A stretch of DNA of 64,000 bases, taken from the NCBI RefSeq assembly GCF_031769215.1, contig NW_026782588.1, forward strand, positions 372,001-436,000, written 5' to 3'. Position 1 is the first letter of the stretch. Every line of letters starts with the position of its first letter. The notes below the pieces were generated by a model that saw nothing but the letters and a program-made list of their open reading frames with translations, was not told the DNA's origin and did not search any database. The translations under genes and the position numbers were made by a program. Source of the DNA: Ylistrum balloti. Taxonomy: Eukaryota. This document shows positions 1 through 13,174 of this stretch, piece by piece.

Positions 1-3000
1 TAACTGAGATCAGCACTGTTGACCAGTTACGACAGTGAAGTGTAGCTGAGTTCAGCACTGTTGACCAGTTACGACAGTGAAGTAGAGTTCTGCACTGTTG
101 ACCAGTTACGACTGAGATCAGCAATGTTGACCAGTTACGACAGTGAAGTGTAGCTGAGTTCAGCACTGTTGACCAGTTACGACAGTGAAGTGTAGCTGAG
201 TTCAGCACTGTTGACCAGTTACGACAGTGAAGTGGAGTTCTGCACTGTTGACAAGTTACGACAGTGAAGTGTAGCTGAGTTCAGCACTGTTGACCAGTTA
301 CGACAGTGAAGTGTAGCTGAGTTCAGCACTGTTGACCAGTTACGACAGTGAAGTGTAGCTGAGTTCTGCACTGTTGACCAGTTACGACAGTGAAGTGTAG
401 CTGAGTTCAGCACTGTTGACCAGTTACGACAGTGAAGTGGAGTTCTGCACTGTTGACCAGTTACGACAGTGAAGTGTAGCTGAGTTCTGCACTGTTGACC
501 AGTTACGACAGTGAAGTGTAGCTGAGTTCAGCACTGTTGACCAGTTACGACAGTGAAGTGTAGCTGAGTTCAGCACTGTTGACCAGTTACGACAGTGAAG
601 TGTAGCTGAGTTCAGCACTGTTGACCAGTTACGACAGTGAAGTGTAGCTGAATTCAGCACTGTTGACCAGTTAGGGCAGTGAAGTGGAGTTGAGCAGTTT
701 TGGCCAGTTACGACAGTGAAGTGTAGCTGAGTTCAGCACTGTTGACCAGTTACGACAGTGAAGTGTAGCTGAATTCAGCACTGTTGACCAGTTACGACAG
801 TAAAGTTTAGCTGAGTTCAGCACTGTTGACCAGTTACGACAGTGAAGTGTAGCTGAGTTCAACACTTTTGACCAGTTACGACAGTGAAGTGTAGCTGAGT
901 TCAGCACTGTTGACCAGTTACGACAGTGAAGTGTAGCTGAGTTCAGCACTGTTGACCAGTTACGACAGTGAAGTGTAGCTGAGTTCAGCACTGTTGACCA
1001 GTTACGACAGTGAAGTGTAGCTGAGTTCAGCACTGTTGACCAATTACGACAGTGAAGTGGAGTTCTGCACTGTTGACCAGTTAAGACAGTGAAGTGGAGT
1101 TCTGCACTGTTGACCAGTTACGACAGTGAAGTGGAGTTCTGCACTGTTGACCAGTTACGACAGTAAATTGTAGCTGTGTTCAGCACTGTTGACCAGTTAC
1201 GAAAGTGAAGTGTAGCTGAGTTCAGCACTGTTGACCAGTTACGACAGTGAAGTGTAGCTGAGTTCTGCACTGTTGACCAGTTACGACAGTGAAGTGTAGC
1301 TGAGTTCAGCACTGTTGACCAGTTACGACAGTGAAGTGTAGCTGATTTCTGCACTGTTGACCAGTTACGACAGTGAAGTGTAGCTGAGTTCTGCACTGTA
1401 GACCAGTTACGACAGTGAAGTGTAGCTTAGTTCAGCACTGTTGACCAGTGACGACAGTAAGGTGTAGCTGAGTTTAGCACTGTTGACCAATTACGCCAGT
1501 GTAGTGGAGTTCTGCACCATTGACCAGTTAGGACAGTGAAGTGGAGTTCTGCACTGCTGACCAGTTACGACAGTGAAGTGGAGTTGTGCAGTGTTGACCA
1601 GTTACGACAGTGACGTGTAGCTGAGTTCAGCAATGTAGACCAGTTACGACAGTGAAGTGGAGTTCTGCACTGTTGACAAGTTACGACAGTGAAGTGTAGC
1701 TGAGTTCAGCACTGTTGACCAGTTACGACAGTGAAGTGTAGCTGAGTTCAGCACTGTTGACCAGTTACGACAGTGAAGTGTAGCTGATTTCAGCACTGTT
1801 GACCAGTTACGACAGTGAAGTGTAGCTGAGTTCAGCACTGTTGACCAGTTACGACAGTGAAGTGTAGCTGAGTTCAGCACTGTTGACCAGTTACGAAAGT
1901 GAAGTGTAGCTGAGTTCAGCACTTTTGACCAGTTACGACAGTGAAGTGTAGCTGAGTTCCGCACTGTTGACCAGTTAGGACACTGAAGTGTAGCTGAGTT
2001 CTGCACTGTTGACCAGTTACGACAGTGAAGTGGAGTTCTGCACCATTGACCAGTTACGACAGTGAAGTGTAGCTTAGTTCAGCACTGTTGACCAGTTACG
2101 ACAGTGAAGTGTAGCTGAGTTCTGCACTGTTGACCAGTTACGACAGTGAAGTGTAGCTGATTTCTGCACTGTTGACCAGTTACGACAGTGAAGTGCACTG
2201 TTGACCAGTTACGACAGTGAAGTGCACTGTTGACCAGTTACGACAGTGAAGTGTAGCTGAGTTCAGCACTTTTGACCAGTTACGACAGTGAAGTGTAGCT
2301 GAGTTCTGCACTGTTGACCAGTTACGACAGTGAAGTGTAGCTGAGTTCAGCACTGTTGACCAGTTACGACAGTGAAGTGTAGCTGAGTTCAGCACTGTTG
2401 ACCAGTTACGACAGTGAAGTGGAGTTCTGCACTGTTGACCAGTTACGACAGTGAAGTGAAGTTCTGGACTGTTGACCAGTTACGACAGTGAAGTGTAGCT
2501 GAGTTCAGCAATGTTGACCAGTTACGACAGTGAAGTGTAGCTGAGTTCTGCACTGTTGACCAGTTACGACAGTGAAGTGTAGCTGAGTTCAGCACTGTTG
2601 ACCAGTTACGACAGTGAAGTGTAGCTGAGTTCAGCACTGTTGACCAGTTACGACAGTGAAGTGGAGTTCTGCACTGTTGACCAGTTACGACAGTGAAGTG
2701 TAGCTGAGTTCAGCACTGTTGACCAGTTACGACAGTGAAGTGGAGTTCTGCACTGTTGACCAGTTACGACAGTGAAGTGTAAGTGAGTTCTGCACTGTTG
2801 ACCAGTTACGACAGTGAAGTGTAAGTGAGTTCTGCACTGTTGACCAGTTACGACAGTAAAGTGTAGCTGAGTTTAGCACTGTTGACCAGTTACGACAGTG
2901 AATTGGAGTTCAGCACTGTTGACGAATTACGACAGTGAAGTGGAGTTCAGCACTGTTGACCAGTTACGACAGTGAATTGGAGTTCTGCACCGTTGACCAG

Positions 3001-6000
3001 TTACGACAGTGAAGTGTAGCTGAGTTCAGCACTGTTGACCAGTTACGAGAGTGAAGTGTAGCTGAGTTCAGCACTGTTGACCAGTTACGACAGTGAAGTG
3101 TAGCTGAGTTCAGCACTGTTGACCAGTTACGACACTAAAGTGTAGCTGAGTTCAGCACTGTTGACCAGTTACGACAGTGAAGTGTAGCTGAGTTCAGCAC
3201 TGTTGACCAGTTACGACAGTGAAGTGTAGCTGAGTTCAGCACTGTTGACCAGTTACGACAGTGAAGTGTAGCTGAGTTCAGCACTGTTGACCAGTTACGA
3301 CAGTGAAGTGTAGCTGAGTTCAGCACTGTTGACCAGTTACGACAGTGAAGTGTAGCTGAGTTCAGCACTGTTGACCAGTTACGACAGTGAAGTGTAGCTG
3401 AGTTCAGCACTGTTGACCAGTTACGACAGTGAAGTGTAGCTGAGTTCTGCACTGTTGACCAGTTACGACAGTGAAGTGTAGCTGAGTTCTGCACTGTTGA
3501 CCAGTTACGACAGTGAAGTGTAGCTGAATTCTGCACTGTTGACCAGTTACGACAGTGAAGTGTAGTTCTGCACTGTTGAGTTCAGCACAGCACTGTTGAC
3601 CAGTTACGACAGTGAAGTGGAGTTCTGCAGTGTTGACCAGTTACGACAGTAAAGTGTAGCTGAGTTCAGCACTGTTGACCAGTTACGACAGTGAAGTGGA
3701 GTTCTGCACTGTTGACCAGTTACGACAGTGAAGTGGAGTTCTGCACTGTTGACAAGTTCGGACAGTGAAGTGGAGTTTTGCAGTGTTGACAAGTTACGAC
3801 AGTGAAGTGTAGCTGAGTTCTGCACTGTAGACCAGTTACGACAGTGAAGTGTAGCTGAGTTCAGCACTGTTGACCAGTTACGACACTAAAGTGTAGCTGA
3901 CTTCTGCACTGTAGACCAGTTACGACAGTAAAGTGTAGGTAAGTTTAGCACAGTTGACCAGTTACGACAGTGAAGTGTAGCTGAGTTCAGCACTGTTGAC
4001 GAGTTACGACAGTGAAGTGGAGTTCTGCACTGTTGACCAGTTACGACAGTGAAGTGTAGCTGAGTTCAGCACTGTTGACCAGTTACGACAGTGAAGTTGA
4101 GTTCTGCACTGTTGACCAGTTACGACAGTGAAGTGGAGTTCTGCACTGTTGACCAGTTCGGACAGTGAAGTGGAGTTCTGCACTGTTGACCAGTTACGAC
4201 AGTGAAGTGTAGCTGAGTTCAGCACTGTTGACCAGTTACGACAGTGAAGTGTAGCTGAGTTCAGCACTGTTGACCAGTTACGACAGTGAAGTGTAGCTGA
4301 GTTCTGCACTGTTGACCAGTTACGACAGTGAAGTGTAGCTGAGTTCAGCACTGTTGACCAGTTACGACAGTGAAGTGTAGCTGAGTTCAGCACTGTTGAC
4401 CAGTTACGACAGTGAAGTGTAGCTGAGTTCAGCACTGTTGACCAGTTACGACAGTGAAGTGTAGCTGAGTTCAGCACTGTTGACCAGTTACGACAGTGAA
4501 GTGTAGCTGAGTTCAGCACTGTTGACCAGTTACGACACTAAAGTGTAGCTGAATTCAGCACTGTTGACCAGTTACGACAGTGAAGTGTAGCTGAGTTCAG
4601 CACTGTTGACCAGTTACGACAGTGAAGTGTAGCTGAGTTCAGCACTGTTGACCAGTTACGACAGTGAAGTGTAGCTGAGTTCAGCACTGTTGACCAGTTA
4701 CGACAGTGAAGTGGAGTTCTGCACTGTTGACCAGTTACGACAGTGAAGTGTAGCTGAGTTCAGCACTGTTGACCAGTTACGACAGTGAAGTGTAGCTGAG
4801 TTCAGCACTGTTGACCAGTTACGACAGTGAAGTGTAGCTGAGTTCTGCACTGTTGACCAGTTACGACAGTGAAGTGAGTTAGCACTGTTGACCAGTTACG
4901 ACAGTGAAGTTCAGCACTGTTGACCAGTTACGACAGTGAAGTGTAGCTGAGTTCAGCACTGTTGACCAGTTACGACAGTGACCAGTTGACAGTGAAGTGA
5001 GTTCTGCACTGTTGACCAGTTACGACAGTGAAGTGGAGTTCTGCACTGTTGACCAGTTACGACAGTGAAGTGTAGCTTAGTTCAGCACTGTTGACCAGTT
5101 ACGACAGTGAAGTGTAGCTGATTTCTGCACTGTTGACCAGTTACGACAGTGAAGTGTAGCTGAGTTCAGCACTGTTTACCAGTTACGACAGTGAAGTGTA
5201 GCTGAGTTCAGCACTGTTGACCAGTTACGACAGTGAAGTGTAGCTAAGTTCAGCACTGTTGACCAATTACGACAGTGAAGTGTAGCTGAGTTCAGCACTG
5301 TTGACCAGTTACGACAGTGAAGTGTAGCTGAGTTCAGCACTGTTGACCAGTTACGACAGTGAAGTGTAGCTGAGTTCAGCACTGTTGACCAGTTACGACA
5401 GTGAAGTGTAGCTGAGTTCAGCACTGTTGACCAGTTACGACAGTGAAGTGTAGCTGTGTTCAGCACTGTTGACCAGTTACGAAAGTGAAGTGTAGCTGAG
5501 TTCAGCACTGTTGACCAGTTACGACAGTGAAGTGTAGGTGAGTTCTGCACTGTTGACCAGTTACGACAGTGAAGTGGAGTTCTGCAGTGTCGACCAGTTA
5601 CGACAGTGAAGTGTAGCTGAGTTCAGCACTGTTGACCAGTTACGACACTAAAGTGTAGCTGACTTCTGCACTGTAGACCAGTTACGACAGTGAAGTGTAG
5701 CTGAGTTCAAAACTGTTGACCAGTTACGACAGTGAAGTTGAGTTCTGCACTGTTGAACAGTTACGACAGTGAAGTAGAGTTCTGCAGTGTTGACCAGTTA
5801 CGACAGTGAAGTGGAGTTCTGCACTGTTGACCAGTTACGACAGTGAAGTGTAGCTGAGTTCAGCACTGTTGACCAGTTACGACAGTGAAGTGTAGCTGAG
5901 TTCAGCACTGTTGACCAGTTACGACAGTGAAGTGTAGCTGAGTTCTGCACTGTTGACCAGTTACGACAGTGAAGTGTAGCTGAGTTCAGCACTGTTGACC

Positions 6001-9000
6001 AGTTACGACAGTGAAGTGTAGCTGAGTTCAGCACTGTTTACCAGTTACGACAGTGAAGTGTAGCTGAGTTCTGCACTGTAGACCAGTTACGACAGTGAAG
6101 TGTAGTTGAGTTCAGCACAGTTGACGAGTTACGACAGTGAAGTGTAGCTGAGTTTAGCACTAGTTCAGCACTTTTGACCAGTTACGACAGTGAAGTGTAG
6201 CTGAGTTCAGAACTGTTGACCAGTTACGACAGTGAAGTGTAGCTGAGTTCAGTTGCAGTGAAGTGTAGCTGACTGTTGACCAGTTACGACAGTGAAGTGT
6301 AGCTGAGTTCAGCACTGTTGACCAGTTACGACAGTGAAGTGTAGCTGAGTTCTGCACTGTTGACCAGTTACGACAGTGAAGTGTAGCTGAGTTCAGCACT
6401 GTTGACCAGTTACGACAGTGAAGTGTAGCTGAGTTCAGCACTGTTGACCAGTTACGACAGCAGTGTTGACAGCAGTTACGACAGTGAAAGTGACCAGTTA
6501 CGAGTTCTGCACTGTTGACCAGTTACGACAGTGAAGTGTAGCTGAGTTCAGCACTGTTGACCAGTTACGACAGTGAAGTGTAGCTGAGTTCAGCACTGTT
6601 GACCAGTTACGACAGTGAAGTGTAGCTGAGTTCAGCACTGTTGACCAGTTACGACAGTGAAGTGGAGTTCTGCACTGTTGACCAGTTACGACAGTGAAGT
6701 GTAGCTGAGTTCAGCACTGTTGACCAGTTACGACAGTGAAGTGTAGCTGAGTTCAGCACTGTTGACCAGTTACGACAGTGAAGTGTAGCTGAGTTCAGCA
6801 CTGTTGACCAGTTACGACACTAAAGTGTAGCTGACTTCTGCACTGTAGACCAGTTACGACAGTAAATTGTAGCTGTGTTCAGCACTGTTGACCAGTTACG
6901 ACAGTGAAGTGTAGCTGAGTTCTGCACTGTTGACCAGTTACGACAGTGACGACAGTGAAGTGTAGCTGAGTTCAGCACTGTTTACCAGTTACGACAGTGA
7001 AGTGTAGATGAGTTCTGCACTGTAGACCAGTTACGACAGTGAAGTGTAGCTGAGTTCAGCACTGTTGACCAGTTACGACAGTAAATTGTAGCCGTGTTCA
7101 GCACTGTTGACCAGTTACGAAAGTGAAGTGTAGCTGAGTTCAGCACTTGTGACCAGTTACGACAGTGAAGTGGAGTTCTGCACTGTTGACCAGTTACGAC
7201 AGTGAAGTGTAGCTGAGTTCAGCACTGTTGACCAGTTACGACAGTGAAGTGGATGGAGTTCAGTTACGACAGTATATTGTAGCTGTGTTCAGCACTGTTG
7301 ACAAGTTACGACAGTGAAGTGTAGCTGAGTTCTGCACTGTACACCAGTTACGACACTGAAGTGTAGCTGAGTTCAGCACTGTTGACCAGTTACGACAGTG
7401 AAGATGAGTTCTGCACTGTTGACCAGTAACGACAGTGAAGTGGAGTTCCGCAGTGTTGACATGTTAAGACAGTGAAGTGTAGCTGAGTTCTGCACTGTTG
7501 ACCAGTTACGACAGTGAAGTGTAGCTGAGTTCAGCACTGTTGACCAGTTACGACAGTGAACTGTAGCTGAATTAAGCACTGTTGACCAGTTAAGACAGTG
7601 AAGTGTAGCTGAGTTCAGCACTGTTGACCAGTTACGACAGTAAAGTGTAGCTGAGTTCAGCACTGTTGACCAGTTACGACAGTAAATTGTAGCTGTGTTC
7701 ACCACTGTTGACCAGTTATGAAAGTGAAGTGTAGCTGAGTTATGCATTGTTGACCAGTTACGACAGTGAAGTGGAGTTTTGCACCATTGACCAGTTACGA
7801 CAGTGAAGTGTAGCTAAGTTTAGCACTGTTGACCAATTACGACAGTGTAGTGGAGTTCTGCACTGTTGAAGTTACGACAGTGAGTGTAGTGTTCAGCAAG
7901 ACCAGTTACGACAGTGCACTGTTGACCAGTTACGACAGTAAAGTGGAGTTCTGCACTGTTGACCAGTTACGACAGTGAAGTGTAGCTGAGTTCAGCACTG
8001 TTTACCAGTTACGACAGTGAAGTGTAGCTGAGTTCTGCACTGTAGACCAGTTACGACAGTGAAGTGTAGCTGAGTTCAGCACTGTTGACCAGTTACGACA
8101 GTGAAGTGTAGCTGAGTTCAGCACTGTTGACCAGTTACGACAGTGAAGTTGAGTTCTGCACTGTTGACCAGTTACGACAGTGAAGTGGAGTTCTGCACTG
8201 TTGACCAGTTACGACAGTGAAGTGGAGTTCTGCACTGTTGACCAGTTACGACAGTGAAGTGTAGCTGAGTTCAGCACTGTTGACCAGTTACGACAGTGAA
8301 GTTGAGTTCTGCACTGTTGACCAGTTAAGACAGTGAAGTGTAGCTGAGTTCAGCACTGTTGACTAGTTACGACAGTGCAGTGGAGTTCTGCAATGTTGAC
8401 CAGTTACGACAGTGAAGTGAGGTTCTGGACTGTTGACCAGTAACGACAGTGAAGTTGAGTTCTGCACTGTTGACCAGTTAAGACAGTGAAGTGGAGTTCT
8501 GCAGTGTTGACCAGTTACGACAGTGAAGTGTAGCTGAGTTCAGCACTGTTGACCAGTTACGACAGTGAAGTGTAGCTGAGTTCAGCACTGTTGACCAGTT
8601 ACGACAGTGAAGTGTAGCTGAGTTCAGCACTGTTGACCAGTTACGACAGTGAAGTGTAGCTGAGTTCTGCACTGTTGACCAGTTACGACAGTGAAGTGTA
8701 GCTGAGTTCAGCACTGTTGACCAGTTACGACAGTGAAGTGTAGCTGAGTTCTGCACTGTTGACCAGTTACGACAGTAAAGTGTAGCTGAGTTCAGCACTG
8801 TTGACCAGTTACGAAAGTGAAGTGTAGCTGAGTTCAGCACTGTTGAAAAGTTACGACAGTGAAGTGTAGCTGAGTTCTGCACCATTGACCAGTTACGAGA
8901 GTGAAGTGTAGCTTAGTTCAGCACTGTTGACCAGTGACGACAGTAAGGTGTAGCTGAGTTTAGCACTGTAGACCAATTACGAGAGTGTAATTGAGTTCTG

Positions 9001-9334
9001 CACTGTTGATCAGGTTCGACAGTAAAGTGTAGCTGAGTTTAGCACTGTTGACCAGTTACGACAGTGAAGTGTAGCTGACTTCTGCACTGTAGACCAGTTA
9101 CGACAGTAAAGTGTAGCTGAGTTCAGCACTGTTGACCAGTTACGAAAGTGAAGTGTAGCTGAGTTCAGCACTGTTGAAAAGTTACGACAGTGAAGTGTAG
9201 CTGAGTTCTGCACTGTTGACCAGTTACGACAGTGAAGTGTAGCTGAGTTCTGCACCATTGACCAGTTACGAGAGTGAAGTGTAGCTTAGTTCAGCACTGT
9301 TGACCAGTGACGACAGTAAGGTGTAGCTGAGTTT
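1..9334. repeat. Tandem satellite of 42-bp units (GCACTGTTGACCAGTTACGACAGTGAAGTGTAGCTGAGTTCA) mixed with 37-bp variants (...GAAGTGGAGTTCT); runs off the left edge of the window
   Basis: Continuous periodicity read directly. The 14-aa period (LNSATLHCRNWSTV) of the ORF-track hits equals 42 bp. The array ends abruptly at ~9334 in a T-run. Confidence 0.98.
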
Positions 9335-11429
9335 TTTTATTCGAAATTTGAACCATACCGAAAACCAAAAGTTGACATTTTCAAAAAAAAAAAAAAAAAA
9401 AAGTAATGATAAAAAAGCAGATAATAAAATGTGTGACTTTTGACCCAACAACGAGCTTTTTAATTTGACATATTAAGTATTATATGTAACGGACAAAAGT
9501 TAGATATGGAAAGTATCTACAAATAATACAAATGCACGAACTCTGTACAATCAACGATTTTCGAGATACGGCTATTTTAAAGTTGTTAACGTATGAAGTC
9601 ATGGCGGCCATATTGGATTTTTTTTTTTTGGATTTGGACTGAAAAGGCATTGACACCTTCAGATACATACCTACAATATACTGGATATGCTATAAATGTT
9701 TATCTTAACAATAAAAAGATTTGGAGTTCACAAATTTCGGAATAATAATAAGAAGAATAAGAAACATAACAATAACAATAAGTCTTTTCTCCAGATGTTT
9801 AATTCTACCATGCCTAGCGGCCAGAATGTTGATAACGACATGTTTGATGTTCGATTGAAAACTAGGTTGAAAATATTGATAATGTTTTAGAAAATTATGT
9901 ACATTGCACACGTACGGTCTTGATAAATTTTGTCTTTCCAGTAGGAAAGCATCTAACTGTTCATAAACCGGAACCAACCATTTTGTACTGCATTTGAATT
10001 ATTTAAGGGTTGTGTTACATCGATACGCATCGATAACATTTTGGTATGAACAATTACCATTAAGTGAAAGAATATATTTTGCATGTAAAAACGTGGTAGA
10101 AACAGAGAGTCATGTTATGATTGATTACTAATGAAATATCAGATTAATCCACAAATAAAAATGTTTACGTAAAACACTGTAGCTTATTAATATCTAGCCA
10201 TGTATTGACTTACGAGACATGGTAAGAACCAGCATTATATACTATATAATTCACCTCAACAGTATCGGTTTAAATCGAAAAATATAAAGTGATGTTTCAG
10301 AATCATCGCCTAATTATGTACATGAAACGACAACTTCCATGATAATATCCTCATGGACATGATAAACACCGATTTGTCTTCACTGTAACAATACTAAAAT
10401 ATACAAATTATTCTTAGAGTATGTAAAAATAGCTGATAATTTAAATCAGATTAAAGTTCTCGTTCAAATATAAGTTTATATTTCAACAGACAGGTTACCA
10501 CAACGAAATGAACTAAGGGTTCTGCGATGTCTTCTAGAAATAAAGAGGGACATATGAAGTTGTGATTTATATAATCTTCAAGTATGTAATTTATTTTCTC
10601 AGTACCATTCTGTTTCATCACGACTGTTTCAAAGATTTTAAATGCACTGGTTGACGGTATACATTATATATTAAGTCTGTCACTTTGTGTCTTTACGACC
10701 TTGTCAAACTTTGTGTCCATCACAATATTGGTTATTTGTTCACAAGACCAGTTAAACATAATTGAATGTGTTCCATGGACAACTGAAAAACCAGATTGCC
10801 ACTTGTCGGTTTCAGCATGATATGTTCAACATATCATTGAAAACTCAGTCTCTACTTTTAGGAGCCAGCAAATCTGACATTAGATGCTGATTGACGAAGA
10901 GTGCTCTACGTGTCTTTTATGTGATCTCGAAGTATTGCAGAAACGGCAACATATATGATTGTCCTAATTATGCATTTCTTGGAAATAAAAAGTTATTCGT
11001 TCCGTTCACTGGTTCCACCATGCAAATTACAAGGGTAAAGCAGTTAAAACACATCATACTGTAAACGTACTGATTCTGGCGCAATCAAATTCTTATTCTA
11101 AGCGTACCGCCATAATATGTACGTTTACACTTATCAAGGAGATAAAATTATTGATATGAAAAACATTTTAATATCTAACCAAGCAGCAACTCTGTGTTTA
11201 AAAGATAATAAATCAAACCGAAAATTTGAACAAACGGGCCCGTCACAATTCAAACGGATATATATAGTGTCACAGAGTGAATGGAGAGGCTCAGAGAGCA
11301 TACATGACAGGTAAGCAGTAACGATATTCTATAGTGGTGAGTGGGAGAGAGCTTCTAGTTAATCCTGATGCGACAAATCGTGTGTCGATGATGTTTGCTA
11401 CATTCTCAATCTTAATTCAAAATCTCAAA

Positions 11430-11862
11430 AAATAGGATAACTGTTACGTTTTCCTGACCAATCAATCAATTAATTATTGTTTGATTTTTGTAAACATAAA
11501 ATATTTAGATACTTTAAGTCTGGTTATGTTTACATTGTTGAATGGCAGCGATCCAAACATGCAAGTTGTATGTGTATTGTAAACAGAAATTCAGTTAATT
11601 AAACGTGAAATCCGACAGACGTCAGGTGGTGCTTCAAATCATTATCAAGTGATCAAAGCAATATGCATAAAAAAATAAGAGAAAAATATCTATATGAATG
11701 GATATGTCTGATGAAGAATTTATATACAATTTCTACAGCATATTACAGGTACGTGTACTAATTGTACCGCAGTACCGAAACATTCCTAGTATTGGTAGAG
11801 AACCTATCCTGTGTTACTCTATGAATACAAAACGCAATGATGTTATCAGTAAATATGTACCT
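11430..11862 (-). pseudogene. Empty, diverged paralogous unit of the galactosyltransferase locus: 3' flank joined directly to 5' flank with no CDS
   Basis: 11430-11778 aligns, visibly diverged, to the 3' flank of copy 1 (~12730-13078). It then continues at ~11783 into the 5'-flank block (ATTGGTAGAGAACCTATCCTGTG), skipping the ~1.38 kb equivalent to 13079-14462. Confidence 0.8.
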
Positions 11863-13174
11863 GAAAACACATTTTTCAAATTTTCAACTATCTTAGCCCT
11901 ATCAAGTCAACTGAAATATTCACAGAAGACAGATTAAACTGATAATGGGACGTTTCAGGTGTTGACAGCGTTGATCCTCTATCAATCTTGCGATGAAAAG
12001 AAATAACTTCAGCAAACATGTGTTTGTATGTGTTTGTATGTGAGGTTATATTAGAGACGGTATGTATTTTAATGCATGGCATGCAAATACATGTTCAAAT
12101 ATATTCCATGTCGTTTTCATTATTACAATCATTGCATCTATGTTCAATGTAATCAAAATATCATTTTTTCGATGTAATTTAATGAAATACACATTAATTT
12201 CACCCTGTTAAATAATTCATTCAATACCGCAAACATTCTTACTTCTATGCAATGAAATTTCATCACTTTGTCTGTGCGTTTGGAAAATAAGCGCAACGAT
12301 GAAATAGCACATCTACAACGATTGCTATCAACAAGATATTTCTAGAAATACTTTCAGCGGGAAAAGCGCAAAAGAAACTACCACTGAAATATGCATGTTC
12401 ACGTAATAGGTTTGAAAAGTAAACATGCCACATTAGGTGACAAGAAATATTCATGTCTGATGACACAATGTATTTTTTCACCCCGAGTGACAAAGGTGTC
12501 CTTCATCGTATAATAATTAATCGATATATGTAAGTTGTATATTTTCCCTATTTTATATTCATTTTTTAAATTACCATTATCTGATTAATGTAAGGCTAGT
12601 TAACCTTTTCATCTAGATTCTAAGATTCCTGTCGACCAATTTTAAATGTCTTCGGTCCCCTCCTCAGTATCAATATTTTTAGGCACTAAGTATCATCGAA
12701 GAATTCTAAAGGACAACACAATAGCAGTTTACTTCATATTTATTGTTTCATTTTTGTATATATTGCAAGATATTTAGATTCTTTATGTTGGTGAAGTCTG
12801 GTTATATTCACATTGTTGAATGACAGCGATCCACACAGGCAAGTTGTATATATAATCGTAAACAGAAATTAAATTACTAATAAGTGAATCCCGACAGACG
12901 CGCCATAAGATGGCGCTTCCAATCATTATCAAGTGGTCAAAGCTAGATGGATATATATATTTGCATCGAGAAATGAAGAGAAAACAATCTATATAAATGG
13001 ATATGTCTGATGAAGAAATTTTATACAATTTCTACTGTATATCACCAGTACTTACAGTAATGGAACCGCAGTACCGAAGTCAAAGCAGCGAATCACAAAG
13101 TTGTCATTTCAAAATGCATTGCAACTTAAAAAAATAAGATGAACTCCGGCTATTTGTGGAAGGATCAACTCTAT

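Noticed and set aside
1-9334. CRISPR-like array or repetitive protein gene (many NSATLHCRNWSTV ORFs)
   Set aside because: There are no unique spacers and no cas genes, and the context is eukaryotic. The ORFs arise because 42 is a multiple of 3 and break at every 37-bp unit.
1-9334. RAG recombination-signal-like motif (CACTGT-12 nt-ACAGTG)
   Set aside because: The heptamer is not CACAGTG and no nonamer follows. It is just a short inverted repeat.
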